A DNA stretch of 47,756 nucleotides from an uncultured Pseudomonadota bacterium (GCA_913057675.1 CAJXOL010000003.1:1-47756); one strand, 5' to 3'. Counted from the stretch's first letter, positions 10,187 through 21,085 are shown. Numbers and translations: made by a program. The notes: generated by a model not told the origin, from the letters alone.

Positions 10187-11875
10187 ATGAACGACCTATT
10201 GATTAAAAACGGAGTAATTATCGATGGATCAGGACGAGACCGGTTCGTAGGAGACATCTCTATCAAAGATGGACTCATAAATGGCGTTGGGAACAATCTA
10301 GGTTTGGCGACACGTATTATCGATGCGGATGGCCTCCTAGTTACTCCAGGGTTCGTTGATGTACACACGCACTATGATGGACAAGTCACCTGGGACCCAT
10401 ATTTAACCCCTTCGACGTTTCATGGCGTGACTACCGCCGTGTTTGGCAATTGTGGAGTGGGGTTCGCCCCAGTTAGAAAAACCGATGTCCCCTATCTCAT
10501 CAATCTGATGGAAGGAGTCGAAGACATACCTGGGTCAGTGTTGTCAGAAGGTGTGGATTTCAATTGGGAATCCTTCCCGCAATATCTTGATGTTCTCGAC
10601 TCATCTCCCAAAGCTATTGATATCGGTGCTCAAGTACCCCACGGTCCACTACGATTTTATGTTATGGGTGAGAGAGGCGCGGATCACCATGCAATTCCTA
10701 GCCCTAAAGAAATAGAGTCTATGGGCTTGTTGCTCGAGGAATCATTAACCGCAGGGGCTATGGGATTCACGACATCAAGAACAACCAAACACTTGAGTCG
10801 CGACGGAAAGAATACACCAAGCCTATCGGCAAAACATGATGAACTTCGTGGATTAGCCCGCGCTATGAAACGCGCTGGAAAAGGAATCATTGAAGTTAAC
10901 TCCGATTTTGGTCCAGGTGAATTTGAGATCATGCGTATGGTTAGTGAAGTGTCTGGGCGCCCACTGTCCATCCTGCTTCTCCAGACCAATAATTCGCCCG
11001 ATCTTTGGCGGCAAACTCGGGATCAAATTCATCAAGCCCGTATAGAAGGTATGAACGTCAACGGGCAGGTAGGGTGTCGGCCCATCGTCATCATTATGGG
11101 GCTCGAAACAACAATTAATCCATTTTCAACACATCCGAAATGGACGCAATTGTCATCGCTAACGCCCGCAGAACGTCTTACAAGAATCAAGCAAGATGCA
11201 CAGCTGCGTCATGAGTTAATTCATCAAGTGCCTGACAACGAGCATACGAGACGTATTAAAGAATGGATGCCCAAGACGTTCTTAATGAATAAGGGGTTTG
11301 ATTATGAGCCCTCACCAGAAGATAGCATCTGCGAGATTGCTCAGAGGAAAGGAGTAAGTCCTTTTGAAGTAGCCTTAGATGGAATGCTTCAAAACGACGG
11401 TAAGGGGCTACTCGCACACACGTTTGAAAACTATTTTGATGGTGACCTTGAAATCATAAGAGAAATGTTGCTTGACGACGGCACTATCATGGGCCTTGGT
11501 GATGGAGGAGCACATGTGTGTACTGTGTGTGATGAAGGTGCGCCAACCTATTTGTTGACGCATTGGGGTCGTGACAGAAAAAGAGGACCAAGAATTCCTC
11601 TAGAATTTTTGGTGAAGAAACACACCTCCGTTAGCGCACGTGGCTACGGCCTTCTAGATCGAGGACTTATTCAACCTGGATACAAAGCAGATCTTAATAT
11701 TATTGATTATGAACAGTTGTCGTTATTAGATGCAGAGATTGTTTATGATTTACCTGCCGGTGGAAAACGCTTAATTCAAAGAGCGCGAGGTTACCGTCAC
11801 ACATTTGTATCTGGAGTAGAAATTATTAATCAAGATGAACAAACTGGAAATCTACCAGGACGCCTTCTACGATAA
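10187..11875 (+). CDS. Amidohydrolase, N-acyl-D-amino-acid deacylase-like subfamily
   Basis: PGFVDVHTHYD, HGVTT..GNCG, DGGAH, DRGLIQPGYKADL, C-terminal TGNLPGRLLR. Confidence 0.9.
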   Translation: MNDLLIKNGVIIDGSGRDRFVGDISIKDGLINGVGNNLGLATRIIDADGLLVTPGFVDVHTHYDGQVTWDPYLTPSTFHGVTTAVFGNCGVGFAPVRKTDVPYLINLMEGVEDIPGSVLSEGVDFNWESFPQYLDVLDSSPKAIDIGAQVPHGPLRFYVMGERGADHHAIPSPKEIESMGLLLEESLTAGAMGFTTSRTTKHLSRDGKNTPSLSAKHDELRGLARAMKRAGKGIIEVNSDFGPGEFEIMRMVSEVSGRPLSILLLQTNNSPDLWRQTRDQIHQARIEGMNVNGQVGCRPIVIIMGLETTINPFSTHPKWTQLSSLTPAERLTRIKQDAQLRHELIHQVPDNEHTRRIKEWMPKTFLMNKGFDYEPSPEDSICEIAQRKGVSPFEVALDGMLQNDGKGLLAHTFENYFDGDLEIIREMLLDDGTIMGLGDGGAHVCTVCDEGAPTYLLTHWGRDRKRGPRIPLEFLVKKHTSVSARGYGLLDRGLIQPGYKADLNIIDYEQLSLLDAEIVYDLPAGGKRLIQRARGYRHTFVSGVEIINQDEQTGNLPGRLLR

Positions 11876-11891
11876 AAAATAGAGGATCAAT

Positions 11892-12662
11892 ATGAACCTA
11901 AAAGACGCTGTCGTTATTATCACCGGCGGAGGTACAGGAGTTGGCGCAGCCTGCGCACAAGTTTTAGCTAAACATGGCGCACGAATCATCATTAACTACA
12001 ATAAAAGCCAAACAGGAGCGCTTGAAACAGCGAAGCAATGTAAGAAATTAGGAGGCGACGCAATTACGATACAAGGTAATGTCGTCTTTGACGATGATTG
12101 CAAGAAAATAGCGGTCGAGGCGATAGAACAATGGGGCAGAATTGATGGACTGATTAATAACGCGGGCATCACTAAATTCGCAGCGCCTGGAGATCTGGAA
12201 GCTCTAAGCGCCAATGATTTCATTGATTTATACTCAACAAACGTTGTTGGCTCCTATCAAATGATCAGGGCATGTGCCGATCATCTCAAGACGTCACGTG
12301 GGTCTGTCGTAAACATCTCCTCTATTGCTGGAATAAAAGCAATTGGATCTTCTACTGCATATATCGCATCTAAGGCTGCGTTAAATGCAATGACCGTAGC
12401 ACTTGCCCGCGCGCTAGCACCAGAGATTCGCATTAATGCAGTTTGCCCCGGGCTTGTAGATACCGATTGGCACTCCAAGCGATTCTCTGAAAATGAATAT
12501 AAATCATTTCTTAAAAATTATGAAAAAACAGTACCTTTAAAGTCTGTAGCAACGCCTGAGGATATTGCCGACAGTGTTATTTGGTTACTCTCCTCAGCCA
12601 GATTAGTCACAGGAGAAACCATTCTCGTAGATGCTGGGCTACACTTAGGTAAAGCAATGTAG
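11892..12662 (+). CDS. Short-chain dehydrogenase/reductase
   Basis: TGGGTGVG, NNAG, S...YIASK, NAVCPG. Confidence 0.93.
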   Translation: MNLKDAVVIITGGGTGVGAACAQVLAKHGARIIINYNKSQTGALETAKQCKKLGGDAITIQGNVVFDDDCKKIAVEAIEQWGRIDGLINNAGITKFAAPGDLEALSANDFIDLYSTNVVGSYQMIRACADHLKTSRGSVVNISSIAGIKAIGSSTAYIASKAALNAMTVALARALAPEIRINAVCPGLVDTDWHSKRFSENEYKSFLKNYEKTVPLKSVATPEDIADSVIWLLSSARLVTGETILVDAGLHLGKAM

Positions 12663-12711
12663 TGACAACAGTCTCGAGCGTTCAAAAACCTTAAAAAATA
12701 GCGGAGACTTT

Positions 12712-13611
12712 ATGGCGAAAGATCAAACTCTAGGATTCATTGGTTTAGGCAATATGGGGCAACCCATGTTGAAACGATTAATCGAGTCTGGCCGAAAAGT
12801 TGTTATCTACGATACTAACTCCAAGGCATTAGACGCCGCGGAAGCCCTTGGTGGACTCCGTGCCGAATCTAGTCTGGATGTGGCCCAACGGACAAAGATC
12901 ATTATGCTTAGTCTCCCAAGCCCGGATATTGTTAAGGAAGTAGTGGGTTCAGAAAAAGGCTTGGCACATGGCAGTCAAGTCAAAACGATCATCGATTTTT
13001 CAACCATCGGAACGAGAGCTGCGAAGTTCATTGATGACCTAGCCAAGAACCAGAAAATACATTACATCGACTGCCCAGTCAGCGGTGGAGTAAAAGGTGC
13101 GGGTACAGGGACGTTATCAGTAATGGTTGCGTGTACAAAATTTTTATTTGAAGAACACAAGAGCCTATTAAACATTTTTGGAAGACCGTATCACGTCGGC
13201 GACAGGCCAGGCCAAGCACAGTCCATGAAGCTTGCGAACAATCTCCTATCATGCGCCGCAGTAGCAATCACGTCAGAAGCCATGGTTATGGGAACTAAAG
13301 CGGGATTAGATCCCGAGCAAATGCTTGAAATTATTAATGTCAGTACTGGTAAAAACACAGCGACTGAACATAAATTTCCTAAATCTGTTCTTACCGGAAC
13401 ATTTGACTTCGGCTTCTCAACGGGACTCTCATATAAGGACGTAAACCTGTGTATTGATGAAGCAGAAGCGATGGGTATTCCCATGTTTTTAGGTTCAACT
13501 GTTCGACAAATGTTGGCCGCCACAAAAGCTGAGTTTGGCGAGGACTCAGACTTCACCTCTCTTTGCCGTTTAGTAGAGAATTGGGCGCAAGTAGAAGTCC
13601 GGAAAAAATAA
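12712..13611 (+). CDS. Beta-hydroxyacid dehydrogenase (3-hydroxyisobutyrate DH / tartronate semialdehyde reductase family)
   Basis: GFIGLGNMG, DCPVSGG, KLANN, KD motif. Confidence 0.92.
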   Translation: MAKDQTLGFIGLGNMGQPMLKRLIESGRKVVIYDTNSKALDAAEALGGLRAESSLDVAQRTKIIMLSLPSPDIVKEVVGSEKGLAHGSQVKTIIDFSTIGTRAAKFIDDLAKNQKIHYIDCPVSGGVKGAGTGTLSVMVACTKFLFEEHKSLLNIFGRPYHVGDRPGQAQSMKLANNLLSCAAVAITSEAMVMGTKAGLDPEQMLEIINVSTGKNTATEHKFPKSVLTGTFDFGFSTGLSYKDVNLCIDEAEAMGIPMFLGSTVRQMLAATKAEFGEDSDFTSLCRLVENWAQVEVRKK

Positions 13612-13627
13612 TCACCAGGAGATAAAA

Positions 13628-14008
13628 ATGAACGATGACTTATACCAAAAAGGCCTAAAAATAAGAAAGGATGTTTTAGGGTCCGAATACGTGGAAAAAT
13701 CACTTGCAAATGCAAACGATTTCAACGAACCGATGCAAAGACTTGTGAGTGAATATTGCTGGGGCGCTGTTTGGGGGCGCGAGGAACTCCCAAAAAAAAC
13801 CAGAAGCATGCTGAATATCGCAATGTTAGCCGTACTCAATCGTCCTAATGAGTTTAAATTGCATATACGCGGCGCGCTTAGAAACGGTGTTACCAAAGAA
13901 GAGATTCGTGAGATTTTATTACAAGTGGCTATCTATGGTGGGGTGCCTGCGGCTATTGATTCGTTTAAAAATGCTAAAGAAATAATAGATGCTGAAACCA
14001 CCCCTTAG
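13628..14008 (+). CDS. Carboxymuconolactone decarboxylase family protein
   Basis: GLKIRKDVLG, WGAVWGR, HIRGALRNG..EEIREILLQVAIYGGVPAA. Confidence 0.92.
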   Translation: MNDDLYQKGLKIRKDVLGSEYVEKSLANANDFNEPMQRLVSEYCWGAVWGREELPKKTRSMLNIAMLAVLNRPNEFKLHIRGALRNGVTKEEIREILLQVAIYGGVPAAIDSFKNAKEIIDAETTP

Positions 14009-17000
14009 AACTCAAGCAACTCACCAGTACTCAAAACTACCCCTATACGAATCGGTTTCATCTTTTTAATGCGCAATAAGTCATCTCGATATTGAGTTAA
14101 CTGCTCTTTGTATTGACGTCGACTAGCGGGACCAGGACTCGAACTATGATTCGATGAAATCTTGTAATCGAGAATCCAAAATTCGTCATTAAACTCAACG
14201 AGACGATCAATCCTCTTGATGTCACCTTCATCATTCATATAGGCAACTTCATTTGTAGCTTTAAGGTAATTGCCAGGAATAAAGAAACGGTTTAATTCTG
14301 GGGCTTTTACAATACGAAGACTGACATCCCATGCAGTATCAAATTCAGTCAATGACCCTCCGCAAAGCTGCTGAGTAGCCTCCTTACTGATCAACTCACC
14401 ATCTGCAGTTATCGTCTCCAGGATTTTGTGTACGAGTGTCCCAAATTCAATATCGGAATTGGTATAACGCTCTTGTCTTTTACCTACTGAGAACGTTTCA
14501 GTAATGGGATCTATTTCAATAATGTCCTGAGAACTGCTATCGGTTTTTACTCTTTCTCTGAGCTTGATGTCTTCGGACAATAAGTCAAGCCCCTTATTCT
14601 GACTGCACTGTTGCATTGCATCGCTTAGTAAGGAATACCATGAACTTGGGTTATCTTTTGGTTGCGCTACGCCAGATACAAAAAATGCCTGTCGCGCACG
14701 TGTTACAGCCACATACAATAAATTCGTATCTTCCGTTCTGTTAAGAGCTTCGTGACGCGCAAACAACTCAGACCGACTTTCTCCTCGCTGTTTTTTCGCA
14801 CCATAGATTGAGAAATGATTCGGTTTTTTTTCTCCCGGAGTCCAATCAACCAGAATATCCCAATTATCAGAACCTACTGCAGCGCCAGCATCAGCCAAGA
14901 AAACAACAGGAGCCTCTAACCCCTTCGCACCATGAATAGTCATAATGCGTACAGCATTAAGAGATAGTGACTGCAGCCCCTCCTCTGGGCCAGATCTCGC
15001 CTCGGCACACAATAATCGAATGTTCTCAAGGAAACGTCCTAAACTCGGATATCGGCCAGCAGAAAAATCTAACGAGTACTCCAAAAATGCGAGTAAATTT
15101 GAGCGTACACGCTCAGCTAGGTCGGGTAATGCCTGACCCGTATATCGATTGATTAAATCAGAGTCCCCGTAGATCATGTCAAGTAAATCGTGGGCTGGTA
15201 GGGTGTCGGCATATTTAATCCATCGAGACAAACATCTCGCAGCATCATCGAAGTCAGCTAAGGAGTTCGATTGATCACTGCCTTGAGCCTCGACCAACAT
15301 GCTCCAAATAGATCGGTCACCCCGATTAATAAACACCTTTAACGCAATGTCATCAAACGAAAATATAGGTGACTTAAGAACATGAATCAAATAATGATCA
15401 ACGTGTGGCGTCAGGAGAAACTGTAATAGCGAAATGACATTTTGAGTCTCCAGCGACTCCAAAAGTGAGCCTTTCCTTTGACTGAAAAATGGAATTCCTA
15501 CTATCCTGAGTGCATCTTCATAGCTTTTTAAATGAGTACGTCGCCTGAGAAGAATCATAATGTCTGAAAACATGATGGATCGAAGTACATTTTCGTCATC
15601 GATAGCTTTACTGGAGACTAGCGAGAGAATTTTCTCACCAATCATTAGCCCTTCTTTAAGATGGCGATCATCTACTGGCTCCAACCTGGACGATATCAGA
15701 GGGTTTCTCCAGCGAGATATATCGCAAGCTTCAACAGGCTCAACAGCATCAACTAATGGGAACGCTGCCAACTCGGAGGATAAACCTGTATGAATCGACT
15801 GTTGGCGCACGAAGCTGTTGATCCTAGTTTCAAAACACGCATTAACCAATTCCGTAACTCCGGGAGCATTTCGATGACTCTGATTTTGAATAACTTTACG
15901 CCCACCTAAACCAGAGATGACTAATTTCTCTGCTACACCAAAAAGCCTCGGCTCAGCTCGCCTGAAGCGATAAATAGATTGCTTTGGGTCACCCACAAAA
16001 AAAAGTTTAATGGTTGTACCTGCTTGATTCGAAGCATCGATCCAAGATTTCAGAATAGTCCACTGAATTGGGTTCGTATCTTGAAACTCATCAACCAACA
16101 AATGCGTATAGCGTGAATCCAAGCGATGCAGCACAAAATCTGCTTGATCATCATCTAACAATAATGATCTAACATTCCACTCAAGATCCGAGAAGTCTAG
16201 GATATTCGAGTCACTCTTAAACGACTGAAATATTTTAAGTAAGCAATCACCGACAATTTGCACAGCAAGATTCAACTGAATAGACAACCACTCTACTCGT
16301 GCTGTTCCAAGCTGGTCGACGAGGGCTTTTAAATCTGCACTAACACGAACGTAGCGCTCCGCATCCTCAGTCCCCATCCTCTTTATCATTGCATCTGAGA
16401 GTGCTCTATCTCTAGACAATTTTTTCAAATAGAAAAACCAATTCTCAGGATCATCGAATGACTCAATCAATTCCAGTGCTTCAAGCGCCCTTATCTCACT
16501 GGGTAATTCATTTTTTAAAAGTAATTTTTTAAATTCAATCAAGTTAGAGATTAATATTTGATCCCGCAAAAAACCATCTAAAGGATCTTGATCTTGATTT
16601 CTGCGCCAAGCCAAAACTATTTCTTGCATCTCACTGCTTTTTAAACTTGCCCACCAATCCAACCGACTACCCACGAATCGCTCGAGTATTTCGCCTGTAT
16701 TCTGAAGCTCATATCTTCCATAAAGATAATCAAGTGCATCCTTCACATCTCGATTAGAGGAAAGATTTTTAAAAAATAACTCCCAAGCATCCCGAAAAAT
16801 CAAATCGCCGCTGTCTGATAGTTCCCCACCACGGCCTGATTGGGCTGACCATGGCGCCAACTGCAGAATTTGCAAAAACCAACCATGGAATGTATTCACA
16901 TTCACACCAGGCGAAGTAGATAAATACTCTCCATAGAGTTTTCTGGCAAGAGGGACATACGCGTCTATCTCATTAGGGCTAACGCCTCGTTCTATTAGGA

Positions 17001-17250
17001 ATTCTCTAACTTCTTCGTCATCAGCAATAGCCAGTGTTCTCAACCAATCGGTTAGTCGAGACTCCATCTCTCTCGCCGCTTTACGAGTGAAGGTGATCGC
17101 TAATATTTCCGAAGGTTTGGCTCCCGCCAAAAGTAATCTAATAATCCGCGAAGTCAATAACCACGTCTTACCAGATCCTGCACACGCTTCGACAATTACA
17201 TCATTGTACGGATCGAGTACGAACTCTTTATCGCTGACCAGAGTATTCAT
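14005..17250 (-). CDS. addA: AddA-type UvrD helicase-nuclease (double-strand break resection)
   Basis: ACAGSGKT, ITFTRKAA, DEFQDT, VGDPKQSIYRFR, MTIHGAKGLE, YVAVTRA; C-terminal RecB-like nuclease RIDRL..ILDYK. The ATG at 17250 overlaps the addB stop (ATGA). Confidence 0.92.
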   Translation of the reverse strand: MNTLVSDKEFVLDPYNDVIVEACAGSGKTWLLTSRIIRLLLAGAKPSEILAITFTRKAAREMESRLTDWLRTLAIADDEEVREFLIERGVSPNEIDAYVPLARKLYGEYLSTSPGVNVNTFHGWFLQILQLAPWSAQSGRGGELSDSGDLIFRDAWELFFKNLSSNRDVKDALDYLYGRYELQNTGEILERFVGSRLDWWASLKSSEMQEIVLAWRRNQDQDPLDGFLRDQILISNLIEFKKLLLKNELPSEIRALEALELIESFDDPENWFFYLKKLSRDRALSDAMIKRMGTEDAERYVRVSADLKALVDQLGTARVEWLSIQLNLAVQIVGDCLLKIFQSFKSDSNILDFSDLEWNVRSLLLDDDQADFVLHRLDSRYTHLLVDEFQDTNPIQWTILKSWIDASNQAGTTIKLFFVGDPKQSIYRFRRAEPRLFGVAEKLVISGLGGRKVIQNQSHRNAPGVTELVNACFETRINSFVRQQSIHTGLSSELAAFPLVDAVEPVEACDISRWRNPLISSRLEPVDDRHLKEGLMIGEKILSLVSSKAIDDENVLRSIMFSDIMILLRRRTHLKSYEDALRIVGIPFFSQRKGSLLESLETQNVISLLQFLLTPHVDHYLIHVLKSPIFSFDDIALKVFINRGDRSIWSMLVEAQGSDQSNSLADFDDAARCLSRWIKYADTLPAHDLLDMIYGDSDLINRYTGQALPDLAERVRSNLLAFLEYSLDFSAGRYPSLGRFLENIRLLCAEARSGPEEGLQSLSLNAVRIMTIHGAKGLEAPVVFLADAGAAVGSDNWDILVDWTPGEKKPNHFSIYGAKKQRGESRSELFARHEALNRTEDTNLLYVAVTRARQAFFVSGVAQPKDNPSSWYSLLSDAMQQCSQNKGLDLLSEDIKLRERVKTDSSSQDIIEIDPITETFSVGKRQERYTNSDIEFGTLVHKILETITADGELISKEATQQLCGGSLTEFDTAWDVSLRIVKAPELNRFFIPGNYLKATNEVAYMNDEGDIKRIDRLVEFNDEFWILDYKISSNHSSSPGPASRRQYKEQLTQYRDDLLRIKKMKPIRIGVVLSTGELLEF

Positions 17251-19991
17251 TTGGGTAGCCAAGAAAAATCCTTCCGGCATACTGCTTGTACATCACAGTA
17301 GTGGCAAATCGACGGTACGCCATTCGCAGGCAACACCACGCCTCTTTCTATCTGACTAAAAAGACTCTCCAACCGACTTATATGCTCCTCAATGGAGGAT
17401 CCAATATTGTGCGTTTCTAACGCCACGACATCTACAGCACCTTTATCTAAAGAAAGATACATCCCCTCGGTTTTATTGTCGGGTTGGAGTGAAACATAAG
17501 AAACCAATTGGGCATGCTCATCGTAAGAAGAAATTAGCTTTTTTAACATGCTCTTAGACCGAGCTTTGTAATCAATTACTATCCGCTTTGGGTCTTCATT
17601 AACGCCCTGATACTCGTCGATTCGATCCACTCTCCCAAAAAATTTTATAGATAAACCACCTAAAGTCATGAAATTACGCTCAAAATCCGCCTCCATTTCA
17701 ACAATGGTCCAGCCTTCTTTCTCTCGCTGGACTTGCCACTCAAGGTACTGTTTAAACAAACCATGAAGTCGGGCCATCCAACCGTGAACCACGCCTCTCG
17801 ACCCAACAAGCATTGCAAACGCATCACGGGCAATACCGGTCATTTCGAATTGCAGAACTTCTAAATCGACGTTCGTGCATTTCGGATATCGTGTGTGAAA
17901 TTTTTCAAGCACCTTATGTATCACATTACCCAATTCACGCTTGCTTGGATCCTCATCAACCGAATCAGGCTCTCGAGTCCGCAACACATTTCGTACAAAA
18001 AATTGATATGGGCAATCAAGCAAACTTTGATAACCACTGACTGATATTTGAGCCGGAATTTCTGATGCGATAATATTTATGTTGGGCTCAGGCAAAGGCT
18101 TATACTCGCTTTGTAATTTTCTTTGGCTCGCTTCGAACGAGTGAAGCCGAGACTCTACTTCTTTGTCTTTGAGGTCGTCACCCCAAAGTACGGTGTGATG
18201 CAACCTAAAATACTCGAACCAGGGGCTCAAGAGATTATCTTCGTTATCTTTTTGTCTTTGCCAGGTAACAAAAGCTGTTTGGCTCGAGAGTAAAAAACCA
18301 AGTAAATCGACCTTAACCTCAGAGATGGAATCCTCGCTCGTCCTCAGTTCTAGTTGAGCCCGAACTCCATCTCCAAAATGAGCACTTTTAAACTGAGCTA
18401 ATGGAAAATTAGCGTCATCAGCTCCAGCAAAAATTACGCCATCAAAACTTCTGAGTCGCGCGGCACTGAGATGAGTAAAACTTATCGGACTATCTATCTG
18501 CGCGTCTTTAAAGGTGCTGACCTCCAGCTGCGTCTTAAACCAATCCAACCAGGCAGTGAAATTAACTTTCTGATCAAAATAATTGAGCTCGGCATCTAAC
18601 GTATCCAGCAACTGTAAAAGTTGAATTCCCGCGTCATCCTGTTCAAGAATGTTTTTAATACCCCCGAACTCCAGACTCGCCAAAACAAATTTTATCCAAT
18701 CCCTATGATTTCTTGATTTTAAATTAATGAATTGACACTTCACTTCGTATAGCTTATCAGCGACTTCTCGCACCTCATCAACGTCGATCTCTCTGGCTAT
18801 ACTATGGAATCCAATCGCAGCAGCCCTTTTTCTATTTTTCTTTACAGCTGTTTCTAACGCTGCTCGCAGCTGATCTACTCCAAACATCTGACTGATCGCA
18901 GGGCGCTTTAAAAAACGAATTAACTTGGTCAATTCAAAGTCGCAGCCAAGCAGCTCCAACCAATCAATGAGCGTAGCAGCGATAGAAGTTGTCGACATTT
19001 TCCATCCAAATTCGTCTCGCACTAAAATTTCAGACTGCTGCAACAGCGCCCTAAGACGACGAGCGACCTTTCGATCAAAAGGAACAATTGCAATATTCTT
19101 TTTGCCCGCTGATAGCCATTGTTGAATTTTAATCTTGATAGCCCGAACTTCCTGGTCGAGGCCAATCGCGGGAAAATAAGTAATCATGGATGACCAAGGA
19201 CTTTTTTCTCGAAGAGTCGTTTCGGACATTTTTACCAATGGTTGCTCGGCTTCTTTTTGATAAACAGCTCTACAAAAATCAGCTCTCACATCATCACTAG
19301 CCTTACTCACATCAGCCTCTAAAACAGTAACACTATTTCGGCTGGCGTAACTCTCTATAAAGCTTTGCTCAACAGCGCTCAGTTCAGGATACTTTAAAAC
19401 ATATAAACGTCGCCTCTCATGTTCTAACAGCAGCGAGAGGCGGTAACGATAAGCGTATTGTTCAGATACTCGACCCTCTCGAACCCCAGCAAAAGCACTC
19501 CAAGTATCAAACAACAATCGAGCTTCAAATCCAACGAGTTTTTGGGAACGAGTTTGATAAGCTTGACGGAATCGATCGCTCAATACCTCAAAGGTTAAAT
19601 CGACACCAGGCTGGCATAAGTCTAACTCGCCAATCAGCTCAGCCATATCAGCTGCCAAGTTCCAATTATTAGCCTGATCTAGCCATTGATGCTGCTCGAG
19701 TTCGTGATAAATCAGAAGCTCACGATACCGCTTCGTTTCCACCCCGAAAGGCTGACCAACTTGACGCGACCAATCACCAAAGGTGGTAAATAAAGGGAGG
19801 AGCACCCCAGCACCTGCCATAGTCATCAAGCGGTGCGCGCAAGCAGGGGCGGCGCTCAATGAAGGTAAAACAACAATAACGTCAGAAAAATCAAAGCCCT
19901 CATCAAAACTTGAATCATTCAGAATCCGTGACACCAGCACATCAATCAGCTGATGAGGCCATACTTTTTCGTGTCTTAAGATTCCTTTCAT
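17247..19991 (-). CDS. addB: AddB-type PD-(D/E)XK nuclease subunit
   Basis: Degenerate helicase N-terminus; C-terminal CPYQFF, GNVIHKVLE, GRVDRID, IDYK and CHYCDVQAVC (four-Cys Fe-S staple); coupled to addA. Confidence 0.88.
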   Translation of the reverse strand: MKGILRHEKVWPHQLIDVLVSRILNDSSFDEGFDFSDVIVVLPSLSAAPACAHRLMTMAGAGVLLPLFTTFGDWSRQVGQPFGVETKRYRELLIYHELEQHQWLDQANNWNLAADMAELIGELDLCQPGVDLTFEVLSDRFRQAYQTRSQKLVGFEARLLFDTWSAFAGVREGRVSEQYAYRYRLSLLLEHERRRLYVLKYPELSAVEQSFIESYASRNSVTVLEADVSKASDDVRADFCRAVYQKEAEQPLVKMSETTLREKSPWSSMITYFPAIGLDQEVRAIKIKIQQWLSAGKKNIAIVPFDRKVARRLRALLQQSEILVRDEFGWKMSTTSIAATLIDWLELLGCDFELTKLIRFLKRPAISQMFGVDQLRAALETAVKKNRKRAAAIGFHSIAREIDVDEVREVADKLYEVKCQFINLKSRNHRDWIKFVLASLEFGGIKNILEQDDAGIQLLQLLDTLDAELNYFDQKVNFTAWLDWFKTQLEVSTFKDAQIDSPISFTHLSAARLRSFDGVIFAGADDANFPLAQFKSAHFGDGVRAQLELRTSEDSISEVKVDLLGFLLSSQTAFVTWQRQKDNEDNLLSPWFEYFRLHHTVLWGDDLKDKEVESRLHSFEASQRKLQSEYKPLPEPNINIIASEIPAQISVSGYQSLLDCPYQFFVRNVLRTREPDSVDEDPSKRELGNVIHKVLEKFHTRYPKCTNVDLEVLQFEMTGIARDAFAMLVGSRGVVHGWMARLHGLFKQYLEWQVQREKEGWTIVEMEADFERNFMTLGGLSIKFFGRVDRIDEYQGVNEDPKRIVIDYKARSKSMLKKLISSYDEHAQLVSYVSLQPDNKTEGMYLSLDKGAVDVVALETHNIGSSIEEHISRLESLFSQIERGVVLPANGVPSICHYCDVQAVCRKDFSWLPK

Positions 19992-20018
19992 GAGACCTAA
20001 TTTACACTAGGTGAGAAC

Positions 20019-20342
20019 TTATTTTTCCAAGAGATCTCGCTTATTCGGCTTGTTTTGCCATTCAGCGGCATCAGGAGGAGCATCCTTACGTTCGATAATA
20101 CTGGGCCAATGCTTCGCCAATTCAGCATTCAATTCAATGAAGTCTGTTTGATCCTCTGGCACATCATCATCAGCGTAAATCGCTTCTTCGGGACACTCCG
20201 CAACACAAAGCGTGCAATCGATGCACTCATCTGGATCGATGACCAACATGTTTGGCCCCTCTCGGAAACAGTCCACAGGGCATACATCCACACAATCCGT
20301 CCACTTGCATTTGATGCAAGTCTCAACTACAACATAAGTCAT
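20019..20342 (-). CDS. fdxA: 7Fe ferredoxin, FdxA type
   Basis: [18 protein letters not shown]...[12 protein letters not shown]. Confidence 0.96.
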   Translation of the reverse strand: MTYVVVETCIKCKWTDCVDVCPVDCFREGPNMLVIDPDECIDCTLCVAECPEEAIYADDDVPEDQTDFIELNAELAKHWPSIIERKDAPPDAAEWQNKPNKRDLLEK

Positions 20343-20662
20343 TGAAACGCCTTAGAATATTTTTACATTAAATACAATCTAATAATAACATTCTAACAAA
20401 ATAGGAAGACCTTACTATAGTCAGATAATATAAAAGCACAGTTCTAGTTTGAGAAGGTAATGTCGAAATATGAGAATAAAAAAATAAAGCGCTCATCAGA
20501 CAAAAATATGTTTTATAATAACGATTCTCTGATCAGGGATTGACCAACTGACGGCAGCAAAAAAAATACTGTAAGAACCATAATATCGAGTTTGTGAAGA
20601 TTCCAAACTTAAATCCCCTGAAAAGTTTCTTTTTTTACAAACCCAAACTGGACATTTTAATA

Positions 20663-20989
20663 ATGAGTGAAAAAATTCATCACGTAACCGACGACTCGTT
20701 CGAGAACGAAGTTCTTAATTCTGAGTTACCTGTTTTAGTTGACTATTGGGCCGAGTGGTGTGGTCCATGTAAAATGATCGCTCCGATTCTTGACGAAGTG
20801 GCTACTGAATATTCCGGAAGACTAAAAATCGCCAAGCTAAATATCGACGAAAATCAAGGAACACCGCCTAAATTTGGTATTCGAGGAATTCCCACTTTAA
20901 TGCTATTCAAAGCTGGCAATGCAGAAGCAACTAAGGTAGGTGCGCTTTCCAAATCTCAACTGATGACCTTTATAGATAGTAACATTTAG
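20663..20989 (+). CDS. trxA: Thioredoxin 1
   Basis: [22 protein letters not shown]; directly upstream of rho; start at MSEK (20663). Confidence 0.97.
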   Translation: MSEKIHHVTDDSFENEVLNSELPVLVDYWAEWCGPCKMIAPILDEVATEYSGRLKIAKLNIDENQGTPPKFGIRGIPTLMLFKAGNAEATKVGALSKSQLMTFIDSNI

Positions 20990-21085
20990 CATCCCTCCTT
21001 CCGGTGACTTTACGAGTCCAAATTTCAACAATTGATCCTCTAAATTTTCCGCTAATTTTCTCCTTCCTCTTACTTATTCAACTCT

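Noticed and set aside
14005-19991. Helicase plus nuclease pair as a novel anti-phage system
   Set aside because: Motifs and the trxA-rho context identify it as housekeeping AddAB.
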